Below, piece by piece: positions 1 through 14,000 of a DNA stretch of 64,000 nucleotides (within the stretch, counting starts at the first letter, position 1; the number at the start of each line of letters is the position of its first letter). The translations under genes were made by a program, and so were the position numbers. The notes below the pieces were generated by a model. It was not told where the DNA came from. It was given only the letters and a program-made list of their open reading frames with translations, and did no database searches. The DNA is from Octopus vulgaris. Lineage: Eukaryota. The stretch spans positions 46,066,001 through 46,130,000 of the forward strand of contig OX597833.1 in NCBI GenBank assembly GCA_951406725.2. The letters are read 5' to 3'.

Positions 1-1533
1 CTTTTTTTTTTTAACGACCCAAGCAAAATGAATGAAGACTTACCACCTATCTAAACTCCTGATTTCTATTGTTATTCCGCATGTCTCAGTTATATGGCAT
101 TTTTGTTTTGTTTTGTTTTTTTTTTAAACCAATTGACAAGCTTTACTAATGTCATATCTATAAAATAGTCTATGAATGCCTTGAGTGAATGAATGAGAGA
201 AAGAAAATGTGTTCAAGAGAGAGAGAGAGAGAAAATTTCTGAGTTTAGGTACCATCATTTGTATCTTATCTCGTTACTTAAAATACAATGCTCAAAGGAA
301 CCATATATTTATATTGAGTATCTATATATATTTATTTTGAGTATCTATATATGTATTCATTTATTCTGAATATATATGTATATATATAGAGAGAGACAGA
401 TGAATAGATAGATATTATAAATAGATTTATTCTCAAAACCTAGATTTTCATTTCAATTCAAATATTAACATACACACCCCCTCACACATATGAAATGATG
501 AAATATACATCATTTTTATTTTTATATTTCTCTACACTTCCTTGTTTAAATCTTCCCATGGCCATTATTTTAGCCTTGTTTAGCTATCGGCCATTATTAG
601 TTCAGCAACCTAACAATATGTTTGATTTCCGTAAGCATTTCAATGTTAACCTACAAAAAAATTTTTGATTTTCTCACTTGTCTATTCTGTTAAACTAGGT
701 TAATGGTGGTACATTTGCTTTTGAGCTTTTTAACAGAACATTAAAAAAAGACAATAGACCCTTTCACTCTGTATTGTTTCCTACTTGTATACTTTCTGTT
801 TTTTATTCTTGAAAGTAAGTTATGTATTTGAAAGTGCGTGTTTGAAGTCTGCACACATGACTAAGTGGAGTATACACCTGAAGAGGCTTACGTTCTCAAA
901 TGCTCTTGCCAACCAGACAAGACACGTGGTTTTTCAAAAACGTGTTTCCATTCTTTGCTTTTGATACAGACATGCTTGAGAGTTTATTAAATATATTTAT
1001 AAGTGTATCTTACTGCATACATACACATACATAACATAAAGAAAAAGAAGAAAGAACAGTTAAAATAGAATTCATAATTTTTAATTATTCCATTCCCCAT
1101 ATATCACATGTTTCATTTTTAACTTAATTTAATGAATTTTATAAATACATACTTTGGAATAAACCTATAGATTTTTTTTTTTAAGAAAATTGGATTATTA
1201 CTCAATATTTCAGCTTCTGAATTGCTGAACTCATATTTCTTGAGTTAGTTGACTGAGCTGTATACTTCTATATTAAAATAAAAGATTATTTTAGTTTTAA
1301 AACTCATTTCATAAAAATTGCCAATTCATGTCTGGAGAAGAATATTTTAAACTATTTAAATCTAAAAACCATAACATGAAAGACAAAAACACAATGCAGT
1401 TATATAATATTATACAAACGTTATTGATACATACATAAATACATGCATTCATACATACATACACACACACTGTATTTTCTGACATTCAAGTCAATGTAAT
1501 ATATAGTGTAAACATTCAAACATTGTCACTATT

Positions 1534-1804
1534 TACATTATTTACATTCGACGGATATTTGTCCTCATCTTGTTTGTTGTTAACATGGTCAAGAGCATGG
1601 GCTACTAACCCCAAGATTCCATGTAGTGACCTGAGTAATAATAATAATAATAATAACATTGAAAAGAAAAAAAATACATTAGGAATGAGAACCCAGGTTC
1701 GAAATTTCCCCAAGACACCTGATGAAGGCTGGAGAGTATATCAGTCGAAACATTGTGTTAACAAACAAGATGAGGACAAATATCCGTCAAATGTAAATAA
1801 TGTA
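1534..1804 (+). mobile_element. Penelope-like (PLE) terminal fold-back remnant with hammerhead motif
   Basis: Arms 1534-1585 and 1756-1804 are near-perfect reverse complements (TACATTATTTACATTCGACGGATATTTGTCCTCATCTTGTTTGTT). The hammerhead core lies just inside the right arm. Inverted partial pLTR copies are typical of PLE insertions. Confidence 0.7.
1714..1759 (+). ncRNA. Minimal type-I hammerhead ribozyme candidate (probably decayed)
   Basis: Stem I GACAC/GTGTT; CTGATGA at 1719-1725 plus an extra A; stem II GGCTGG/TCAGTC; GAAA at 1747-1750; stem III reduced to CA (CG would give palindromic AACGTT); UU cleavage site. Confidence 0.6.
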
Positions 1805-2280
1805 CATAATTCCTCATCTCTTAAATATAGAAATGTACTGTCACTATTCTTCCAAATTCTGCTGCGTTTCACATGCAACATTTGGTCCTCCAAAATTATC
1901 TTGGTGTATATCTTATCTTTTTTTTTTTTTTTTGCATCTTTTTCTTCTTTCAGTCATTAGACTGTGGCCATGGTGGGGCACTGTCTTGAGAAAATATTTA
2001 GTCACACTAATCAACACTAGTACAAAAGACACTTGCCCAAGGTGCCACGCAGAGGACTGAACCTCTAAAATATTTGACTTGTGAGCAAAAATACAATATA
2101 TGTACATATATATAATGATTGATATTGTTTTCATTCCCTCACTATTTTTGATCTCTTCTACTTAACGATAATTAATATGTGGCCTTGTCATCAATATAAT
2201 AGTAATCAACAATAATAACAAAAATCTTGTCTTTATCTTTGATCCCATATTTGTAGTCAATTATTTGGTTACTACATACA

Positions 2281-2341
2281 CACACATATATATATATAAA
2301 AACACATATATGTATAGACACATCTCTCTCTCTCTCTCTCT

Positions 2342-2384
<43 letters not shown>

Positions 2385-2575
2385 TATGTATATATAACAC
2401 ATGTATAGACATCTATCTATCTTATCTATCTATCTATATATATATATATATATAACACATGTATAGATATCTATCTATATATATATATATATACATAAAT
2501 AAACGCATATGTATAGACATACATCTCTCTCTCTCTCTATATATATATATATAGATATAGATATATATATATAAT
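2281..2575. repeat. Compound (CA)/(TA)/(TC) microsatellite with duplicated ACATGTATAGA units
   Basis: Direct reading of the sequence. Confidence 0.9.
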
Positions 2576-3682
2576 CTAAAGTTTCTGTTAAATGTGGGAA
2601 AAAAAATTTCATTTTCCTTTTTCTTTCGATAAATATAAATAGCCTTTTCAGACTTGAAATATTTAGCACATAGTGTTTCTGGCTACTTTCCATCCTGCAT
2701 CCGTTTGCAATGACATTATTTCACGTTTTAGCCCTATTTTCTCACGTCCTTTTGGAGCCAAAGCAAGTAGATGATACACATCTGTTGTGGGGACTGTCTC
2801 ATAGCAAGAACACTTTCTCTTCCCTTTCCCAGTCTCTCTCTCTGTTTATTTGTGTGTGTATGTGCGTGAATGATATACAAATGTGTGTGTGTATAGATGC
2901 ATGTCTATATATTTGTATGTGTGTCTGTGTGTATATATACACACACACACATCTATATATATGTATATATGTGACAGAGAGAGATGAGTACATATGTATA
3001 TGTGTGTGTATGTATTCATTTATGTGTGTACATGCAGTTTGATATGCAGATATATATGCATATAGGTATGTGAAATGTAGTGTATAGATATGCGTGTGTG
3101 AAAATATATATATGTTTGTATATATATAAATAAAAACACACATACTTAAATAACTACTATGATGTGTCTTGCCAAGATAATTCTTTAATAGGGCTGTTAT
3201 TATAATACTGTACTCTCTGCCACAATGATCTCTGAGACCTGAATATTATTTATATTCTTATGGGATATTTTTTTTTTCTCAATAATTTAATGATTTATTA
3301 ATGATGACTAAGGAGGAAATAATAATAATAAGCAAAAAAAATGTCCTTGTAAAGAAAATAGACAATTTCCTAAAAAAAACTTGAAGCGTCCAATTTCACT
3401 AAATTTTAAACCATGTGACCTTTCTTTTAATAATAAAATATTTCGCCAATATGTTAATATTAACATTTCGCAAATGCCTAAATTTTCTAATGGATGGTAT
3501 GTTGTCCTAAAGGTATGTTTAGAATATATAATCCGCCCAGATTTATGGTGTGCCTAAAACTCAGTAAAACCATTGTTTAAACCAATTTCTTGCCTTGTTG
3601 ACAATTATTTGTCACACTTTATTATTATTATTGTTATTATTTATTTATCATTATTATTATTACTGTTATTATTAGTATTATT

Positions 3683-3890
3683 AAAGTGGTGAGCTGGCAG
3701 AATTATAAGCGTGTCAAGAAAAGCGCTTTGGAACATTTCTTCCGATTTTACACTCTGATGCTGAGTTTGACTTTGCCTTTCATCCTTTCAGAGTTGATAA
3801 AATAGGCACCAGTTGCACACTAGGGGTCAATGTGATCAACTTGCTCTCTCTCCCCGAACTTGTTGGCCTTGTGCCAAACTTTGAAATCAT
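3683..3890 (+). mobile_element. Old SINE, family A
   Basis: GGTGAGCTGGCAGAAT head and GCCTTTCATCCTTTC...GATAAAATA central domain; flanked by (ATT)n. Confidence 0.75.
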
Positions 3891-4759
3891 TATTATTATG
3901 ATTATTATTATTATTATTATTGCATGTTTATTGTCTATATGGAATTGCTGAAAGTTTAAAAAGCATTTTGGTATGTGGTACTCCTCTCCCTCTTCCTTGT
4001 GGGCTCACAGTAACTATAGATGGCAAATTCAATTGTTATTTTTTACCAAACCAGTTTCGTTTTGCTTTTTACATATTAATGTGAAATTCCTGAATCATTT
4101 TTATATATTCATACATTTGAATAGTAATTGTTTATTTAACATTTAAAAACACAATAAGCCAGTCAGTTATTATGACTGCTACATATGTATTGTTTGGTAA
4201 TTTTTAAATAACTTGGCATGAGAAAAGGCATTCAATGAAAATTTATTTTAAAAAATGGTCCTTTTAACAATTTTTTTTTTTTTTTAACTTTATTTGTTTC
4301 CAAAAGTGTTTACCATTCTTAAAAGAAAACAAAGTGTCCAGTTTTGATATTTATACAAAAAAAAAAAATAACAAACAAACAAAACAAAACAAAACTTGTT
4401 TCTTGACTGTCTATGTAGTAACAATTTCTCTATCAAAAAATTTCATCAAACTAACATTTTTACAGTTCGCAATTTTATAAAAAGGAAAAAGTATTTTTTT
4501 TCTTTTTCCAAATCAAAAAAATAAAGAAATGTAAACCGATCCATTCCATATCATTTTCATAGTTACAACATTTTTTTCCCCCCTCTGCTCTTTTCTAATC
4601 AAGTCTTGTTATAACAAGCATTTTTACTGTTCTTTTATATTGGTCTATATACACCTACACTACTTTGATGAAGGAAGAACAAGACACAAACTTTATCTTT
4701 ACTGTCTAAACTTCAAACGACTCCCTCTCTTTCCTTTCATCTTATATCTGATCACAAGA

Positions 4760-4798
<39 letters not shown>

Positions 4799-4917
4799 TT
4801 ACTGATCAAAACTTCATGCCGTCCTCTTGTTGATATAATGACTATTAATTCAGCTTCTCGTTCAATTTGCTTTATGTAGTGTAGAATAGAGAGACATCAG
4901 CTATACGTGCATGTTAT

Positions 4918-4950
<33 letters not shown>

Positions 4951-5829
4951 GTAGGGTTTTTTTTTATGTCGAGTTGTAATATGGAAACAATTTAACTTTA
5001 AACTGAAGAATTATTCAGCACTTTTTAGAAGAGAACATGTTTATAAAATTTTTACAAGCAAGATGGTAGTGATTTCAAAGTTTCCGCCTGCTAGCTTTTG
5101 GAACCCAAGTGTAATATTGTCTGATGAAAAATAGCTAGCCAAAACCTCAAAACTATCACTCCGCTTAACAGTTTAATATATATATGTATATATACATATA
5201 TACACATACACACTGGTATACATACATGCACGTAGCTTATCAACGAAGTTCGCTTGAGCTGAAATTTAACTCACATCCACCGTTTTTCCCCAAAATATGA
5301 AAATATTACATCCATGTTTTATCTTCAATCACTGTTATCATTGTATCTTCTTCCTGTTTCCACTTCATGCACTTATCAACTTCCTTTTATTTTCTCTCTC
5401 TCCCTCTTTTTTTTTTTTTTTTTTTTTGCAACACACCATTTTATTTTTTATGCTGAATACATAGAATATCTTGTCGTCTTTCACAATTGCCAATCATCAC
5501 ATCATTTTCACCAACTCACTCACTCATCACTCTTCAGCCATTTTCTTGACTACTGACAAATTTTCAGACACACTTCTGTATTGTAATTCAACTGACCGCT
5601 AGCACATTTTTCAGATGAGATATGCAAGACATAATGTTCAGTTATGTTTTCAGTGTCTCTGATAAATATCTGCTGTGTATTTATTGTCATTTTTTTATAT
5701 TAAAACAAAAAAATTTTTTTGTCATAATAAAAAAAAAAATAAAAGACTAAATAAAGTCTCATTTTTAAAAACCATTTTCATTCTTTGCTGTTCCTTTATT
5801 ATATTTTTTGTTTCAAGTGTTGCAAATGT

Positions 5830-6670
5830 TGAAGTGAATGGCTTAGGGGTTAGGGTATTGGACATATGATTATAAGATTATGGTTTCGATCCCTGGACCA
5901 GGTGATATGTTGTGCTCAAGAGCAAAACACTTCATTTTATGTTGCTCCAGTCCACTCATCATCATCATTTAGCGTCCGCTTTCCATGCTGGCATGGGTTG
6001 GATGGTTCAACTGGGGTCTGGGAAGCCAGAAGGCTGCACCAGGCCCAGTCTGATCTGACAATGTTTCTACGGCTGGATGCCCTTCCTAACGCCAACCACT
6101 CCATGAGTGTAGTGGGTGCTTTTTACGTGCCACCGGCAGAGGTGCCAGACGAGGCTGGCAAACGGCCACGATCGGATGGTGCTTTTTACATGCCACTGGC
6201 ACGGAGGCCAGGCCAGGCTGGCAATGGCCACGATTGGATGGTGCTTTTTATGTGCCAGTCGGCATGGCGCTGGCAATGGCCACGTTCGGATGGTTCTCTT
6301 ATGTGCCACCGGCACTGGTATCACAGCTACAATTTCCATTGATGTTGATCGATTTTGATTTTCACTTGCCTCAATACATTTTCACAAGTAGAGTTTTGTG
6401 TCCCAAGAAGGAAAGGTATGCATAAGTGGACTGAGGCCATGGGTTATGGCCTCACTATTCCTGCCGGGTCTTCTCAAGCACAGCATACTTCCAAAGGTCT
6501 CAGTCTCTAGTCATTTCCTCAGTGAGACCTAAAGTTCGAAGGTCATGCTTCACCACCTCATCCCAGGTTTTCCTGGGTCTACCTCTTCCACTCAGTTGTA
6601 GAAATGAGTTTAACCTGGAGAGGGATGGGCTCTACCAGGCTTTCTCACCAAATATACACTGCATGGCTGC
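5830..6670 (+). mobile_element. SINE family C interrupted by an RTE insertion
   Basis: Head TGGCTTAGGGGTTAGGG...GGTTTCGATCCC and body GAGCAAAACACTTCATTTTATGTTGCTCCAGTCCACTCA. The body resumes at 6591 (CTCAGTTGTAGAAATGAGT). Confidence 0.75.
5959..6590 (-). mobile_element. 5'-truncated RTE-clade LINE (ORF C-terminus, 3' UTR, (GAT)n tail)
   Basis: Minus strand reads GRGRPRKTWDEVVKHDLRTLGLTEEMTRD*DLWKYAVLEK. It ends ...CCAGCATGGAAAGCGGACGCTAAATGATGATGATG. TCCACTCA is duplicated at 5951-5958 and 6587-6594. The UTR has about 60-bp subrepeats at 6115-6320. Confidence 0.85.
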
Positions 6671-7073
6671 AGCACCCTGATGACCCTGCCAAGGAGTTAA
6701 GGGGATTGTCAAATGCAAATATTGTATTGTATTTTATACCTATAGGGTAAAAAGTTGGTTGGTATTTCTTCCATGCTCGATTATCAGTTACAGAAGATTC
6801 TCATTGGCTTGTACATTGAATCAGTACTATTACTGAACTAACCAATATATACATTAAAAAAATGAGAATAACAATTCTTAACTAAAATCTGGCTACTTTA
6901 GACTTTGTGGCAACATGGCATAGAATGTTCAAGTACAATGATGCAGAACTGCTTTCAGAAATTCTGATGTTTCACAGAATTTATGAGGAAAACTTCACAG
7001 TTCATCTGATTGAATTTTTAATTGCATTATGGAAGCGATTCAGTAGGACACAAATATTTTAAAGTGAGAAAGT

Positions 7074-7447
7074 CAGATGTGGCTGGGTGGTAAGAAACTT
7101 GTTTCTTAACCACATGGTTCTGGGTTCAGTCCATTGTGTAACACCTTGGGCAAATGTTTTCTATAGCCTGAAGCCAACCAAGGCCTTGTGAGTGGCTTTA
7201 GTAGACAGAAACTGAGAGAAGCCTGCCACGTATATAGGCAGATGTGTGTGTTTGTCCTCCACCACCTCTTAACAACCTGTGTTGGTGTGTTTACATCACC
7301 ATAACTTAGTAGTTCGTCAAAAGAGACCAATAGAATAAGTACCAGGCTTTAACAAGAAATGTACTGAGATCGAATCATTCAATTTAAAATTCTTCAAGAT
7401 GGTGCCCCAGCATGGCCACAGTCTAATGACTGCATCAAATAAAAGAT
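7074..7447 (+). mobile_element. SINE family B
   Basis: GTGGCTGGGTGGTAAG box-A-like and GGGTTCAGTCC box-B-like motifs, CACCTTGGGCAA core, CCAGCATGGCCACAGTC tail. Confidence 0.85.
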
Positions 7448-7467
7448 GCATAATATAAGATAAATGT

Positions 7468-8110
7468 TGGCTGCATGGTTAAGAAATTTGCTTCTCAACC
7501 ACATGGTTTTGGCTTGAATCCCATTATGTGGCACCTTCCAGCATAGCTTCTGGCAAACCAAAGCCTTGTGAATGGATTTGATAGATAGAAACTGAAAGAA
7601 GGCAGTGAGCTGGCAGAATCGTTAGCACGCCGGGCGAAATGCTTAGCGGTATTTCGTCTGCCGCTACGTTCTGAGTTCAAATTCCGCCGAGGTCGACTTT
7701 GCCTTTCATCCTTTCAGGGTCAATTAAATAAGTACCTATTTCTTTACTACCCACAAGGGGCCAAACACAGAGGGGACAGACAAACGGATTAAGTCGATTA
7801 CATCGACCCCAGTGCGTAACTGGTGCTTAATTTATCGACCCCGAAAGGATGAAAGGCAAAGTCGACCTCGGCAGAATTTGAACTCAGAACGTAACGGCAG
7901 ACGAAATACGGCTACGCATTTCGCCCGGCGTGCTAACGTTTCTGCCAGCTCACCGCCTTGAATACAATTAAATAAGTACCAGTTACACACTGGGGTCAAT
8001 ATAATCGACATAATCCGTTTGTCCCATCTGTATGTAGCCCCTTGGCAGTAAAGAAATAAGAAACTGAAAGCAGTCCATTGTATATGTGTTTGTATCACTT
8101 TGTCTTCACA
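7468..8110 (+). mobile_element. Three-level SINE nest: family B host, family A (+, 7599-8058), family A (-, 7737-7959)
   Basis: TSD AGAAACTGAAAG at 7587-7598 and 8059-8070; TSD CAATTAAATAAGTACC at 7721-7736 and 7965-7980. Confidence 0.9.
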
Positions 8111-8486
8111 TAATATAAGTGTAACCTTACAAGAGATGTTAATTGTTTCCAATCCTCCATGGATTATCAACTTGTTGGAGACAGATAAGTGATGTGAAGG
8201 GCATTTGGCTGTTGAAAATCTGCCTCAACAAATTCCGTCTGACCCATACAAGCAAGGAAAAGCGGACATTAAAACGGTGATAATGATTGTAAATTTACTT
8301 GATTTAGGTCTTGTGCAAAAAACAAAAAAAAAAAGGGACTTCTTTGGATTTTATGAAATTCTCTGTTGGCCACCAAAACGTTAGTAGAGCCCATTGGCGA
8401 TCTCTCCGGACAACGTTGTAGATTGCAGCTCTTGTTTGCCCTCTCAGAAGTTCCAACATATAGAACACGTTGCAGCTGAAATTGAA

Positions 8487-8735
8487 GGAGTGTAGCCTAG
8501 TGGTTAAGATGTTGCACTCATGCTCGTTATATCATGAGTTCGATTCCTGAACCGATTGGTGCATTGTGTGCTTGAGCAAAACACGTCGTTTCACGTTACT
8601 CCAGTCCAACCAGCTAAAGCTGAGTAATCACGCGACAGACTGGTGTCCCATTCAGGGGGAAGGTTGTCATGTCGGTCACTTATGAGCCATAGAACCCGGG
8701 TAACTGGTCTGATGAATCCTAGGGCTCGAGACAGA
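8487..8735 (+). mobile_element. SINE family C (diverged)
   Basis: TAGCCTAGTGGTTAAG...GAGTTCGATTCC head; GACAGACTGGTGTCCCATTCAGGGG V-domain-like block. Confidence 0.75.
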
Positions 8736-9002
8736 CCCTCTGCTACTTGGAACAGTGAGCACAGATTATTTAGAGAACTGCGTCGTTTAAATATATGAGT
8801 CTGAGTATAAGCCAATGAAATATGAGTAAATAATGTTTCGAGAGTACCTTTGTGTGGTCGTTTGACCTGCTAGAAATAGAAGCCATATATCCTCCCAAAT
8901 CATATTCTACTACTTTGAGGAAGGAAAGGCCACCGTACAAATTATAGTCCTACATAAACACGAAAAAAATAAGACGTTCGTAGTTGCTGCAACACTTTAG
9001 AG

Positions 9003-9134
9003 GAGTGGTTGTCGACCAGGGTCCATTATAAAAATATAATGGAACTCTTTTAAACATCGAATGTTTATTAGGGTCCAGTAGAGTAAAATAGGAATCAAAG
9101 GGGTACAAAGGCAAAAAATAGTTGAGAACCACCG
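9003..9134. mobile_element. hAT (Charlie-like) MITE
   Basis: Degenerate TIRs GAGTGGTTGTCGAC / GTTGAGAACCACCG; 8-bp TSD CTTTAGAG (8995-9002) and CTTTAAAG (9135-9142). Confidence 0.7.
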
Positions 9135-9252
9135 CTTTAAAGGGGAAGTTTTCTTGATTAGGGTCGACCCTGGGGCTAAACAATATGCATGGGTGCAAGT
9201 ATGGTTGAAAAGAAATTCAGTTAACATACTGGGCAAGAGCCTTTTAACATAC

Positions 9253-9656
9253 CTATTTCTTTACTACCCACAAGGGGCTAAACACAGAGGAGATAAACGG
9301 ATTAAATCGATTATATCGACACCAGTGCGTAACTGGTACTTATTTAATCGACCCCGAAAGGATGAAAGGCAAAGTCGACCTCGGCGGTATTTGAACTCAG
9401 AACATAACGGCAGACGAAATACCTATTTCTTTACTACCCACAAGGGGCTAAACAAAGAGGAGACAAACAAGGACAGACAAACGGATTAAATCGATTATAT
9501 CGACACCAGTGCGTAACTGGTACTTATTTAATCGACCCCGAAAGGATGAAAGGCAAAGTCAACCTCGGCGGAATTTGAACTCAGAACGTAACGGCAGACG
9601 AAATACGGCTACGCATTTCGCCCAGCGTGCTAACGTTTCTGCCAGCTCGCCGCCTT
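9253..9656 (-). mobile_element. SINE family A, tandem dimer
   Basis: One head plus two body units of about 170-180 bp joined at AAAGAAATAG|GTATTTCGTCTG; TSD CTTTTAA(C/T)ATACC at 9241-9253 and 9654-9666. Confidence 0.9.
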
Positions 9657-10238
9657 TTAATATACCATTGGGTGAATGCAATCCTTGCGAGAGAAAATTG
9701 GGTGCACAGAAACTGTTCGGAAGCCCATCAGACCTGTAATTCAAAGGAGACGAATCAAGGCTGTCACGTGACTGTTCATTCTCTCAGAGTTATATTAAAA
9801 GTACACGTTTCTCTGGGAAAACGTGTCCGTTTGCACGCTGATTCAATGAATAGGCGGTTCCGTTGAATGAACAATTAGAACAATCCTTTACGAAACTGCC
9901 GAAAACCCATTCTTCGATCAACTAAATTACCTGCTCTTGATTTAATGTGTAAGTGGTTGAACATTCCGCAGATTCATTACCGTTAACGAACGTAATTCTC
10001 AGACACAATCAGTGCGTCACAAGCTTATAACGTGTTTTTCAATCGGAGAAATAAAATCCATCTGACGGGCTTCTATAATATCACTCGTAATGTTTGGGTC
10101 GACCCGAGGCTACAGTAGATGACATGCCCCAGGTGCCAGGCAGCGGAATCGAACCTGGGATCTCATGAGTGTGAAGTAAGCTTCTAACTAAACCTTTCGG
10201 TTATACTACGTTTACTCTCTCTTTCTCTTTCTCTCTTT

Positions 10239-10279
<41 letters not shown>

Positions 10280-10281
10280 TA

Positions 10282-10440
10282 TACCGGAGTAAGCACATAA
10301 ATGTGAAACAAGGTGGAAAAAAGAGTACTCAAATACCTGAGATAGAGTAATATGCTTTATTTAACAAAACTGTCCGACGAACGGGAACGTGAAACTCTGA
10401 GTAACAGCTTTGGTTATATTTCTGCTGCTTTTAAATAAAG
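10282..10440 (+). mobile_element. PLE-like element in (TA)n, internally deleted; same family as 53622-53825
   Basis: Shares TACCGGAGT...AAATGTGAAACAAGGTGGAAAAAAGAGTACTCAAATACC and ...TTTCTGCTGCTTTTAAATAAAG with the 53.6-kb copy; (TA)n on both sides. Confidence 0.7.
10363..10415 (+). ncRNA. Minimal type-I hammerhead candidate, U4C core variant
   Basis: Stem I AAAACTGT/ACAGCTTT; core CCGACGA at 10374-10380; stem II ACG-GGAA-CGT; GAAA; stem III CTC-T-GAG; GUA cleavage triplet. Confidence 0.6.
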
Positions 10441-10453
10441 TATATATATATAT

Positions 10454-11661
<1,208 letters not shown>

Positions 11662-11667
11662 TATAGC

Positions 11668-11884
11668 TTACTTGTTTTAGTCGTTAGACAGTGGCCATGC
11701 TGGGGCACGACCTTGAAAAGATTTTGTCGAACGAATCGCCTCTGTACTTACTTTTATAAGTCTGGTACTTATTCTATCGGTGTCTTTCACCGAACCGCTA
11801 AGGTTATTGTGATGTAAGCATACAAACACCAGTTGTCAAGCGGTGTTTTGGGGGGCGATAAACAGACACATACATATATATATA

Positions 11885-11917
<33 letters not shown>

Positions 11918-12040
11918 TCACAATGCTTTGGTCGGCCCTAGGCTAATATAGAAGGTACTTACACACGATGCCACGCATCTTGAACCCGGAACCATGTGGT
12001 TGGAAAACAAACTTCTTTACCACACATCCACACCTGTGCG
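11668..12040 (-). mobile_element. SINE family B (diverged)
   Basis: Reverse complement of the family B head, core and tail, with internal (TA)/(TG). Confidence 0.8.
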
Positions 12041-12307
12041 TAGAGTGTATGGCTGAGTATGAAATCAATCTGTCATAACTCCATATGCATCAGGCCATCC
12101 TATAATTAGTACCAGAAATATGACATCTGATACTTGGATGGCTTGCTTTGTTATTTTAAAGTATCTGAATGGCAACAGTACATATCAACTTGACCATCAG
12201 CAGTTGTTAAATATTAATCTATGTCGTTACACTATCAATTAGCCGATTCAGTTATTATTTCGACCCTCCAAAAGATGGACCTGTTCACTGAGCTTTTAAG
12301 GTACATT

Positions 12308-12476
12308 TAGACGCAAGCGTAGCTGTGAGATAAGAAGTTTGCTTCCCAACCACATGGTTCCGGGTTCACTCCTACTGCATGGCACCTTGGATAAGTGTTT
12401 TCTACTGTAGCCTCGGGCCGATCAAAGCCTTGCAGGTGGATTCGGTAAACGGAAACTGAAAGAAACCTCTCGTATA

Positions 12477-12535
<59 letters not shown>

Positions 12536-12785
12536 GTGTGTGTATGTGTGTGTGTGGTGTGTATGTGTGTGTGTGGTGTGTGTGTGTGTGTCCCACCACC
12601 GCTTGACAACCGGTGTTGGTGTGTCTACGCCCCCGTAACTTAGCAGTTAGGCAAAAGAGAACGATAGAATAAATACTAGGCTTAAAAAACAAGTCCTGGG
12701 ATCGAGTTGTTCTGCTAAAGCCCTTCAAGGCTGTACCCCAGCATGGCCGCAGTCCAATGACTGAAACAAGTAAAAAATAGAAGAT
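12308..12785 (+). mobile_element. SINE family B with expanded internal (TA)n(TG)n
   Basis: Full head, GCACCTTGG core, and tail CAGTCCAATGACTGAAACAAGTAAAA. Confidence 0.9.
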
Positions 12786-12794
12786 ATAACGCTT

Positions 12795-13658
12795 TACGAG
12801 TTCAGGAAAGGCAATAATTACACCAGAAGCAATCCGAAATATTCACGGTGTTTATAGGAAGGATTAATTAAAACGAAGAACCAGTCGACGATGGTTTGAA
12901 AGTTTTTGGAAGAGTGATTCCAGCTTTAAAGTTTCTCGTTCTCCATATATCTATAGTTGTCCTGTTCAGTTTTATGAAAACCTGTTTTTTTTTCAGAGCT
13001 TGATAGAAATAGTTGATGTTACGGTTGAAGAATTTGCGCAGAAGCTGAATTCAAGCCATTCAACGGTTCGCCGGCATCTGCATCTGTTTGAAAAGATACC
13101 TAAACTTGGAAAATGGATTCTCCATAATTTCACAGAACACAACCACCCACCAAAGGTGGGCATCTACACTTCTCTGCACCTTCGTAAATGCATATCGCCA
13201 TTAACCCTTTAGTATTTAAACCGGCCATATCTGGTCAAAATATTTAATCTGTTTTATGTTCAAACTGACCAGATCCAGACCCTCACACTTACCCTACAAT
13301 GTTATTCTACATTAAGTAATTACACCATCAAGATCTTGAAGATATGAGATAATGCATGATTAATTCAAGTCAATGGGAATCAATAAGCATTATGTTTGAT
13401 AGAATAATCTGAACACTAAAGGGTTAAGGGATAGATTAATGATTCGTGACGGAAGTGGGTATTTTAGAAAAGAATGTTAAGCAGTGTAGACAATGGATTA
13501 CTGAAGGCGAACTGGTTAAACCACAATCCAAAAGAGATCTCCACCAAAATAAAGTGCAGGTTAGGATTTGATGAGATTGTGCTAGTGTGATCCACACTGA
13601 ATTGTTACCAGTTAATAAAATGATCACAGCAGACATTTTCTGTCAGAAATTAGAACGG
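12795..13658 (+). pseudogene. Mariner transposase relic interrupted by a piggyBac-type MITE
   Basis: TVEEFAQKLNSSHSTVRRHL..KLGKWILHNFTE (WVPHEL-like) lies before the MITE. After it, KRDLHQNKVQVRI**DCASVIHTELLPVNKMITADIFCQKLER matches the mariner catalytic-domain consensus. Confidence 0.85.
13205..13423. mobile_element. piggyBac-type MITE
   Basis: TTAA TSD at 13201-13204 and 13424-13427; TIRs CCCTTTAGT / ACTAAAGGG. Confidence 0.85.
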
Positions 13659-14000
13659 TGGAGGAGCATGGCTTAGTGGTTAGGGTGTTGCATTCACGAT
13701 CGTAAGATTGGGGTTTCGATTCCTGGACTGGGCGATGCGTTGTATTCTTGAGCAAAACACTTCATTTCACGTTGCTCCAGTCAACTCAGTTGTAGAAATG
13801 AGTACCATTAGTGGACGCATGTTGCTTAATGGTTAGGGTGTTGGATTCACGACCGTAAGATTGTGGTTTCGATCCCTGGACCGGTTGATGCGTTGTGTTC
13901 TTAAGCAAAACACTTCATTTCACGTTGCTCCAGTTTACTCAGCTTAGCCTGGAGAAGGATGGGCTCCGCCTGGCTATCTCGCCCAAAATACGCTGCATGG
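13658..14000 (+). mobile_element. Two adjacent SINE family C heads and bodies
   Basis: TGGCTTAGTGGTTAGGGTGTTG...GGTTTCGATTCCTGGAC occurs at 13658 and, slightly diverged, at about 13810. Confidence 0.85.

Noticed and set aside
30-100. Minus-strand splice donor (TG|GTAAGT) and UTR-like AT-rich DNA in 1-5800
   Set aside because: No convincing coding frame or partner exon; a non-coding host exon cannot be excluded without RNA data.
878-900. CTGAAGA hammerhead box (similar isolated boxes at about 5121, 6677 and 15350)
   Set aside because: There is no stem II plus GAAA and no stem I pairing.
5866-6342. 158-aa ORF
   Set aside because: It spans a SINE head and the antisense of an RTE 3' UTR with subrepeats.
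8706-8737. CTGATGA...CGAGAC in a SINE C tail
   Set aside because: Stem II is poor, GAGA replaces GAAA, there is no UH site, and the better-preserved family C copies lack it.
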